From: Bispira polyomma
Taxonomy: Eukaryota
NCBI GenBank assembly: GCA_965649765.1
Contig: OZ287749.1
Coordinates: 5,828,001 to 5,892,000, forward strand
Length of the DNA: 64,000 nt
Reading direction: 5' to 3'
Shown: positions 55,067 to 64,000 of the stretch, piece by piece
How the letters are laid out: each line of letters opens with the position of its first letter
Position numbering within the stretch: position 1 is the first letter of the stretch
Program-made: the position numbers and the translations under genes
The notes under the pieces: model-generated
Database searches by the model: none
Told to the model about the DNA's origin: nothing
Seen by the model: only the letters and a program-made list of their open reading frames with translations

Positions 55067-55964
55067 CGCTCTCGACTCCAAGAACAAACTATCACTGGTA
55101 GCGGAAGGAAATTATTTGCTAATAGGTTACGGATAGCAGGAGTCACTAAAACACACACCACAGACTACTTCCGGCATTCCATACCAACATGATTTGTAAT
55201 TTTTAACCAGACGTTTGCGCATGTGCAAGCGGTTGGTTTTCCCTGTCGAAATTCTGGGATCTTGGGTAGGAACAAGTAAATCTAAGAACTGCTGGGGAGC
55301 TATGGTCCGAAATTTGCGTCAATTCTATAGTTGGGCTTTATGTGCTTCGAGATTTTTTTGGGGTCGATTGTGACAAAGGAAATATTTTATTTTTACGTTT
55401 TTTAAAATTTTTTGGCAAGGTTTACCGTTAAAGTCGATTGGAATTAGAGCCTCGCTTTCACCTTGAAATATTGTAGTTTATAGCTGTACTTTATTTGCAA
55501 ATTTCTGTGACAACGATTTCTATTGGTTGCACTGTAGGTCACCTATAAAATCGTGGGAATTTATGGCGTCAAAAACAAAAAAAAAATATGAAGTTAGGAA
55601 AAAAAATTTATAAGACTTGTACACTAACAAAAGAGAAGTTTAATAGCTATTTTCGTCACGGTCAACAATATTTGTAAAGCATGTGTATAAGAGCGACACT
55701 CTAAGAATTTGATGCAAATTAGGCAATGTGGCTCAGATTTGAGTAAATGGCGATAACGGAAGTTGCTACGTATAGATCATTTTCGGAATCCATTTCGACC
55801 ACCAACTAGTGACTGGGTCACTATTTTCTGAATCAACAGCAAACATCTGGTACGCGGCCATTGGCCGTTTTTTTCTTGTTTATATGGTAAAGTCTGCTGT
55901 ACTGACAATTTCCTATTGTGAGAAACTGAAGGACTGCTAGTTGACAACCTAGGCGTCTAAAGGG
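55067..55964. mobile_element. piggyBac-like MITE, same family as 7580-8749
   Basis: TTAA flanks, AAAGGG-TTAA right end, single GAGTCACTAAAACACACACCACAGACTACT unit. Confidence 0.7.
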
Positions 55965-56011
55965 TTAAAATAACAATGTATGGATAGTCACACCTGCAAC
56001 AGAAACTACTA

Positions 56012-57525
56012 GTCTAATCTAATCCAATCTAACTTTTATAGCGCTTAATCTCTCCTTAGGGGATTCTAAGGCGCAGGACAGTATCCTTATTCAATTTGCA
56101 TTTCCGTTAGTCAAGTATGGGTGAAGCACCATGGAGACGCCGGATGAATTTAGGGCTATGGTGCAAAAGCTTTATCGAATAAGTAGGTTTTAATTTTTTT
56201 TTTAAAGGATGTAAGTGATGTTGGACAACGAATTTCGGCAGGGAGTTCATTCCAAAGTGTTCATTGGCAAAGCTATTGTTAAACTGACGTTTTAATTTGT
56301 GTACTGCTGGGATAAATCTTGGAGCAGTCAGGTAACTTTTTCCGGTCTGCTCCTTCTGGTATTGTGGTAAAGTGTGAGGTATGGATTCCAGTATGCTGGA
56401 AGGCCATAATTTAAGAATTTGTAGACTAAGGTGGCTAATTTGGGTAACCAGTGAAGACTTCGTAAGACCAGAGTAACACGGGAGTACTTGGAATGGTTGG
56501 CCACCATTTTGGCTAATGAGTTTTGGATGCATTGCAACTTACGGATGTCAGCCTTGGATAAACTTCTATAAAGAGAATTACAGTAGTCAAGATGACTTGT
56601 AACCAGGGCATTTGCGACTATAGTAGCAGTACTGACTGACAAATAGCGCCTAACCCTTCTTAGATCCCTCATTTGGATGAAGCAAACTTCATGAAATTGT
56701 TTGGAGAAGGAAAACGTAGAATCAAACCACACCCCCAGGTTCTTGACAGCACTTGCAGGGTACACCATGTTTCCTAAAATATTGACTGGGAAGAAATTCT
56801 TAAATCTATTAGCCTGTGCACTTGATCCTAATAGTATAAACTCAGTCTTGCCCTGGTTACTTTACTAATTAAAGTTTGTTGGCAAACATCCATTTTTGAA
56901 CATCACTGAGACAACTTTTTAGACTGTTGAGAACAGTTGTGGCATTTTTAAAAGTAGACAAACTGTGTTTTATGAGGTGTGGGCTAGTGATTGCCGCTGA
57001 TAATGAAGACTGTAAGGTGGACCTAATCTTGACTATTTCCTCAAAAAAGAAATTACCAAAAGTGTTAGCCAAGTCGGCAAGGTTTGTGTAGTCTGGCAAA
57101 ACAACTGCCGAGGACTTATGTAGAATGTTTTTAAAACATTTTCAAAATGCGTTTGGGTTTCCCTGATTTTCAGCAACAATGTTTGAGTAGTGGCTGCATT
57201 TGGACCGCTCCAGAAGGTAGTTGTTGTGATTAACTGCAGCACAGTATTTGCTACGATTACTCACAGAGTTATTATGGCGCCATGCTCGCTCATGTTTCCT
57301 CTTGAGATGTTTTGCAGCAAGAAAGTTGCTGTTCGTGAATCCAGTCTCAGGATGCTTTGGTAAATTCTTCCTCTTCATTGGGGCATGCTTGGCAAGGAGG
57401 TTATGCAGGGTGGTAAAATATTGATGGCTGAGAAGGCTAGCTGTTTTGTTGGGACATCTAATTAGGTCAGAATGAAGCATGTCTAACCTAAAGTCTGAGA
57501 TATTTATTTTATGAATTCTCCGAAA
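56012..57525 (-). mobile_element. Degenerate, internally deleted L2 LINE
   Basis: VKNLGVWFD, SHLDYCNSLY, LHWLP; pre-RT fragments; 3' motif and (ATTAG)n tail at 56012-56073. Confidence 0.9.
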
Positions 57526-57582
57526 TCATCTTTTCAACATGCAGTACTTAAATATTTAATACATAATTATTAGAACAACAGG

Positions 57583-58225
57583 TGACAGGTGTCTTCTACA
57601 TTTGACATCTGAATGTTCAGAAATGCAAGAAATTCAATATAAAAACAAAATTTCCAGTTATCTAATGTATTAAGTGAATCGACAAGAGGCTGACAATTTA
57701 CCAGAATTCACAGCAAATATGGGCAGTGCTGTCATAAATTTGGAACTGTAAAAAGATTTGCTTATTGTCAGGTGTCTATTTCGAATTCTAGTGGAACCTC
57801 CATCATCCGATCATTTGCTTCTCTGAATATTTGATTTGATGAGCACATTTTTACTCTCATCCAAAATTTTGATTTTTTTTATCATTTTTATACTAAAATA
57901 TATCTCTTGTATGTCTTTAACATTCTTTTATCCAAACAAAATATTTGCTCTCCCAGCATGTTCAGATTACTGAGGTTTCTGCAGTATGTTAAATTAAAAA
58001 TACATAGACTGTACATTATAAAGGACATTGTAACTGCAGTATCACTCACTTGATTTACAGTCAGTTCCACCAAAGTTCGAAGCACACTGACAAGTGTCTG
58101 GAGTGCCATCTGTACACTTCCCTGGATAACACTGCTTACTGTCTGGTCTCCAAGAGCACAGTTCTAGAATGACAAAAATAGAACCTTACTTTTGATCTGA
58201 CAGTTTAGTTTATGTTAGGGTTTTT
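57583..58225 (-). pseudogene. Inverted duplicate of exon 6 and flanking introns (exon copy 58050-58163)
   Basis: Reverse complement of about 42650-42961 joined to about 43829-44158; copy keeps AG/GT and an open frame LCSWRPDSKQCYPGKCTDGTPDTCQCASNFGGTDCKS. Confidence 0.9.
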
Positions 58226-59329
58226 AAGACATTTTTGTCAGACTATAATAGGCAGTTACCAATCGTTGACGAAACACCAGAACAGGGTAGTTGGTAAAGG
58301 TTTTCTGCTCTGCAAAACTACTGAACCAACAATGGAGAAGCGAGTATGTAACCACTTACACCCCCTAGTGACTTTTGGTATAAAATTCTTGTTATACATT
58401 AAAATTCTGGCCTCTGACGAATTTGTGCATCAAATATTTTGCATCCATAATGCTGTACATCTATTATATTTTTAATACATGTATACTCAGACCATTCCAC
58501 AATTGACACACACAGATGCAACAAGCTGTGATGTCAAAGTATTGATTTTGTGACATCAACCATATATGACATCACAAATGATGCAATACATTTGATGTCA
58601 CAATGGGCAATGAAAAAGCAAAACATACTGTTGCCTGATCAACAATTAATGTCATTTAAATCATTAGAGCACACAGTCAGGCATACAGTGCATATGTGCA
58701 GGGGAGTAAGGGAGAGTCTTGCCAAATTTTTACTTTAAATATAAGATATTTCTCAACCATGCATATCCCACACTTTCAACAAATGTTGCTTCAGTAGCTT
58801 TGTGTACTCATTGTGACAAAAAGAAGAAACAGCACAATTAAACAAATCAACGAATAAAATTGGATGAAGACATAACTTTCATGGAAGAGGTAAAGACAGT
58901 TTATGGACACTATGGACAAAAGGAAAATTTAAACTTTTGGTAAAGATATTAGAGATATATAGTGTTTTCTTACGCTGACACACTCTTCCTGTATAGCCGC
59001 CATGATCCACTGGTCTATAAGCACGTTTAACATGGTTGTGTTAAAAATTGCAGGTATGACAGCGTTGATCAGAAGAGGAAGTGCACACATGTATGTCACA
59101 GTTGGCTATCGGTGTACACTCTGTAATTAAAATTAGACGCAAATAAAAAGGCTGTACAAGTGGCAATTTTCATTGGTGAGGGTGGTTAGTAAACAATATA
59201 ATTTATATTCATCTTTTTGACTTTCCGCTCATGAGGCCAACGCTTAACAGTTGAGCGCAATGGAAAAGTCTAAAATTCCAAGTAACCAACGCATTGTTCT
59301 ACCTATACAAGGATATATTGTACAAAATG

Positions 59330-60055
59330 ATAAGTAGGTTTTAATTTTTTTTTTAAAGGATGTAAGTGAGGTCAGACAGTGAATTTCGGCAGGGAATTCA
59401 TTCCAAAGTGTTCATTTGCAAAGTTATTGTTAAACTGACGTTTTAATTTGTGTACTGCTGGGATAAATCTTGGAGCAGTCAGGTAACTTTTTCCGGTCTG
59501 CTCCTTCTGGTATTGTGGTAAAGTGTGAGGTATGGATTCCAGTATGCTGGAAGGCCATAATTTAAGAATTTGCAGACTAAGGTGGCTGATTTGGGTAACC
59601 AGTGAAGACTTCGTAAGACCAGAGTAACACGGGAGTACTTGGAATGGTTGGCCACCATTCTGGCTAATGAGTTTTGGATGCATTGCAACTTACAGATATC
59701 AGCCTTGGATAAACTTCTATAAAGAGAATTACAGTAGTCAAGACGACTTGTAACCAGGGCATTTGCGACTATAGTAGCAGTACTGACTGACAAATAGCGC
59801 CTAACCCTTCTTAGATCCCTCATTTGGATGAAGCAAACTTCATGAAATTGTTTGGAGAAGGAAAACGTAGAATCAAACCACACCCCCAGGTTCTTGACAG
59901 CACTTGCAGGGTACACCATGTTTCCTAAAATATTGACTGGGAAGAAATTCTTAAATCTATTAGGAGGAGATTACCTAAACCATTTTTGTTGATATGTTCT
60001 GTTATTTGTTTTGCAACAATTCTTTCCACTAGCTTGGAGATGAAACTTAGGCCCT
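59330..60055 (-). mobile_element. L2 fragment, near-identical to 56180-56810
   Basis: The two 146-aa ORFs differ at only a few residues; extra segment GLSFISKLVERIVAKQ. Confidence 0.9.
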
Positions 60056-60238
60056 TGTTACCTCTATATAAAGACCACTTATAAAAATACCACGCTTTCA
60101 TTCCCCAGACCGATTTTGAATAATACTCAACCTCTTGATCAAGACAACCTGTCAATAAATACCATGTTGGAAGATTCCTTTGGGTGGACCTTGTATACAA
60201 CTTTCACTGTATATCCACATTCTGTTTCCTATTTTCAG

Positions 60239-60430
60239 GCTGCAGATCCTACCTGTGTAGCCCCAGACTTTTACCTTATTGAGAAAGACGAGGAATGCTT
60301 TAAGACAACGTATCAGATAGCTCCTGAACAAGACAAACTGGACATTGCATCTGGAATACACGATGGTGATTATGTCTATGTAATTACTGTAGTGAACAAC
60401 GCCATGCTGCAAACTGTTTACAGATTTCAG
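60239..60430 (+). CDS. Gene B exon 17
   Basis: tattttcag|; AADPTCVAPDFYLIEKDEECFKTTYQ...VITVVNNAMLQTVYRFQ; |gtaagg; phase 0-0. Confidence 0.9.
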
Positions 60431-60859
60431 GTAAGGTTGATTTTTTACTATGTTCCATAGAAGTTTTCCCTTTGGATTTAGAGTCTTTGTGTAATGGATT
60501 ATGGATACTATTTTTGACATAAAGAATCTTTTTTAAGCTAAATCATTTTAACAGTCACAAAAATATTAAATAGAAATATTTTGGTAATTTTTGATATATG
60601 GAATCTTTTTCCAAGCTTAATCATTTTAACAATCATGGAAATTTTAAAAAGAAATATTTAATAAAAACGAAAAAAATAGCTGGTCATTCAGATTATATTT
60701 ATATTCTATTACTGAAGTCTTATTGATGCCGGACACCTTCTAAAGTGCAACATTAAAATCGATAATCGAATAACAATTAGTCATCAGTAGTAGACAAGTA
60801 TGTATTGACATTTCACCAAAGAATGTCATCTGCCAATGACCATTAATGGTGTTACCATG

Positions 60860-61256
60860 ACTACCAAATCAACTCCCCAACTGGGAGTCAAACCAAGAAC
60901 CTTCTGATCATTAGACCAACTCAGTAGTTTAACCAGGCACCGTCTGATTGCCAGATGTACCTCCCCAACTGGGAGTCAATCCTTTGGATCTTCTGATTAC
61001 CAGACTGACTCCCCAAATAACAATCAAACCAGGGAATTTCTGAACACCAGACCAACTCCCTTAGTGGCAGTTAAATCTTTGAATCTTCTGATCACCAAAC
61101 CAACTCCTCAACTGGATAATGAGCCTGGGACCTTTTCTTCACCAGACCAACTCCCTGAGTGGGAGTCTAAGCAACACATTCTGATGACTAGACCAACTTT
61201 GCAGTCGATAGTCAAACCAGCGATCTTCTGATCACCAGACCAACTCACACTAGGCA
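60860..61256 (-). repeat. Degenerate inverted relative of the 47-bp tRNA-head array
   Basis: Repeated GGGAGTCAAACC...CTTCTGATCACCAGACCAACTC. Confidence 0.75.
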
Positions 61257-61475
61257 ATGCAAGATCACAAGAGTTCATGAAGAACCAGCAAAAAAGTACA
61301 TTTCACAGCATGGCTTAGTGATAGATGTGTTTAGAAATCATCTGTGAAGGAACATAAAATAATCAGTTGATTTAATGGTACAAATATGATATCACAATTC
61401 CCACTTTAACTTTTAAACTTGGTGTTTCAGGCATCTGCCCTAATAACTGTTTGACATTATGTGTATTTTTTACAG

Positions 61476-61688
61476 ATCACCATAGATGTCTCTCCCCCAC
61501 TACCAGGCCATGTATTTGATGCTATACTAGGAAACAAAGACCTTGACTACCAATCTAGTCCACTTGTTCATGCATCTTGGCATGGCTTCTTTGATAGAGA
61601 AAGTGGCATCAAAATGTACAAATATGCTATTCATACAGCTTGTTTGGCAAAGACAGACTTTGAATTTGGAAGTTCCCCACTTGCTGAG
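61476..61688 (+). CDS. Gene B exon 18: FN3-like repeat
   Basis: tttttacag|; ITIDVSPPLPGHVFDAILGNKDLDYQSSPLVHASWHGFFDRESGIKMYKYAI...; |gtatgc; phase 0-0. Confidence 0.92.
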
Positions 61689-62969
61689 GTATGCTGTTTA
61701 TCTGATAAAATTTATAATTTTCCATTTTCCGTCTCTCAACAGCCTTCCTACCTTGTTACTCATCTTCTGTTCCAATCTCTGGTATACCCACCAAGAGGAC
61801 TGGATGTAGGGCTTGCTTAATCGCTGCCCCTATGTTATAGAATAGTCTCCCAGTTGTACTTAGATCACTGAAAATACTTTATGGGTTTATGATAAAACTA
61901 TCTCTTGTAACTCACTTACTTTAAGTTCCATCCTTTGTACACCCCTATATCCTTTGTTATGACTTGACTATGTTTTGTTTTTATTGACTTGTCTGTTGAT
62001 TAATTGATTATGTTGTTGTGCTTTAGAAGATGCCTCTTAGAGTCGGGTAGTTGGTCTAAGTCTTTGGTGGTGTAAACCACCAACCTTCTCCAAGTCTACT
62101 GCCAACCTTTCCAATAAATCATGTTAAAAATGTCATATGCAATACAAAAGAATATTTATACACAGTATTGACCAGTGTTCTGGGATTGAAGATGCTAGTA
62201 TACATTTATTCGAATGCACAAGTACAGTTATCCTGCATCAGACTAACTGCCCTTACTCTAACTGCAGACAGAGAATTGAGAGTAACACCATTTATCAATG
62301 TCATCAAGATTCTTTAGTCTACCATTGTCAATAATAGGACCCAGTGACAGTGGACAGCACCATTTTAAGTGGTCATTAGAGCCACTATGTAGCCACTGCC
62401 TGTACCTGTGAGGCCCATGCTAGGATCAGACCCAGGTCCTTTGTATTCATAGAGTGTGTCACAATGTTAAATTAAATTGTGGATAAGTGTTGTTTAAAGC
62501 ATTATTATTACATTGGGTTAAGGCCAAAATATACCTGTCATTAAATACCTGGGGAAGGGGTCTTACCATTTAAGGCCAATTATTGGAGGTTGTCTTAGTG
62601 CGTGATTTTAATTAAGCTTTTTTGCATTTCACAAGAAAGTGAAATTTTTGAACTGTAAAATCACCTACCTTATCTAATCATCCAAATACCTTGTAAATTG
62701 ATGAGTTTTATGTTACTTTTTAGTTAATAATCCTTGATATTTTGGGATATATTGAACTGTTATGTTTCCTATGTTATCCAAATATGATATTTATACAAAG
62801 TTAAAAGTGATGGCACATTCATAAGGAACAAGGCATTTAAAACCAACTATTCTATGTGCATTGATTTATCTAAGTAATAGTTAAAATACTATATATTTAC
62901 ACATACATGTGTTGAACACTGTTGAACCACTGGTGTTTTTGGATTAGGATCACTATTGCTACATGTACA

Positions 62970-63328
62970 TCACATTCAGTAACATATGGTGGCACATATT
63001 ACATCTTATGTTATCTTATTTTCCAGATAGCTACCACTTCTTACCCCTATGGCCCTAAATCAGTGACAGAGGGTGGTACATATTACATCTCATGTTACAT
63101 ACACTACTACGTACACTACATTCTGTTGTTGAATCTTCTTTTCCAGATAGCTACGACTTTTAACACCTTTGCCTCCCATTCAGTGACAGAGGGTGGCACA
63201 TATTACATCTCATGTTACATACACTACTACATACACTACATACTGTTGTTAAATCTTCTTTTCCAGATAGCTACCACTTTTAACACCTTTGCCTCCCAGT
63301 CAGTGACAGAGGGTGCTACATATTACAC
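62970..63328 (+). repeat. 120-bp tandem repeat x3 (plus degenerate partial) spanning the exon 19 acceptor
   Basis: TTTTCCAG|ATAGCTAC at 63027, 63147, 63267. Confidence 0.93.
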
Positions 63329-63538
63329 CACAGTTGTTGCCTACAACCACGCCTTAGAACCTTCACATCCTGTTTGTTCAGACGGTGTTACCATAGATAC
63401 AACTCCCCCGGAAGTTGGATCAATACATGTCAGTCATGCTTACAATAAGCCAGGATTAGTGAAAGATAGTGAGAAGATGATGTATAGAGATGAAGAAGGT
63501 TATATGTATGAGTTAGAAGTACAGACTGAGGATTGTAG
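63267..63538 (+). CDS. Gene B exon 19 (in-frame alternative acceptors at 63027 and 63147 possible)
   Basis: ttttccag|; IATTFNTFASQSVTEGATYYTTVVAYNHALEPSHPVCSDGVTIDTTPPEV...EDC; AG|gtaggt; phase 0-2. Confidence 0.88.
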
Positions 63539-63687
63539 GTAGGTTTTACATGCTAGATGCTAAAGCTATGAGTTGTAGTATGTCATTTACATTGATTATC
63601 ACCCACGAACAGTCCATGCATCAAACAAACAATTTTAAATAAATAACGTGCTGATATGTACCAAACTTTTTTTCATGTTTTCCACAG

Positions 63688-63733
63688 TATTACAGTGGAA
63701 GATGAACATAAAGTTACAATTTTACCTTTCTAA
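63688..63733 (+). CDS. Probable gene B exon 20 containing an in-frame TAA
   Basis: Strong acceptor ttttttcatgtttttccacag|; read in phase 2 gives (S)ITVEDEHKVTILPF*. Confidence 0.45.
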
Positions 63734-64000
63734 TTGTTTATATTTTCCTTGGCGATAATGTGCTTTAGGGCGTATACTAAAATTTGGTAAATAGGGATTA
63801 AAATATACATGATCGAGTACCAAAGTTTGGATTTGTCAAATGATCATTGCAATTTTAGTGAAATCTCTAGTATTTCAACATGTTCCACTCAAATGGTCGA
63901 TTGTAAAACTGACTTTTTGTTATCAAGAAATTTTGGTACAAATGTTATTGTTAGAAATATGCTATGATGTAGTAGCGTATTTTCATCAAGTAATGCATTG

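Overview
AT-rich, intron-rich eukaryotic genomic DNA. It is most consistent with an invertebrate, probably a mollusc or other lophotrochozoan (inferred from the repeat landscape and protein style). Hand splicing recovers two genes arranged head-to-head, with start codons about 2.07 kb apart. (A) A minus-strand gene starts at ATG 23538 and runs off the left edge; it encodes a signal peptide followed by what resembles the N-terminal beta-sheet region of a large lipid transfer (vitellogenin-N-like) domain. (B) A plus-strand gene has 19 phase-consistent GT-AG coding exons (25606-63538, about 950 codons, plus a probable stop-containing 20th exon at 63688-63733). It encodes a secreted protein: signal peptide, EMI-like Cys module, EGF-like and Cys-rich modules, then beta-rich FN3/Ig-like repeats with D-x-(T/S)-(P/A)-P linkers. 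Introns hold L2, CR1-like and Tx1/L1-like LINE remnants, tRNA-derived SINEs, TTAA-target MITEs and minisatellites. Unusual structure: four splice junctions of gene B are tandemly duplicated; an intact inverted copy of exon 6 with flanks lies in intron 16 and preserves the empty site of a MITE; an array of tRNA B-box-like units lies between the two genes; and an antisense ORF is nested in intron 1. Most ORFs in the supplied track are spurious or are exons extended into introns. No CRISPR, rRNA or bona fide tRNA genes were found.
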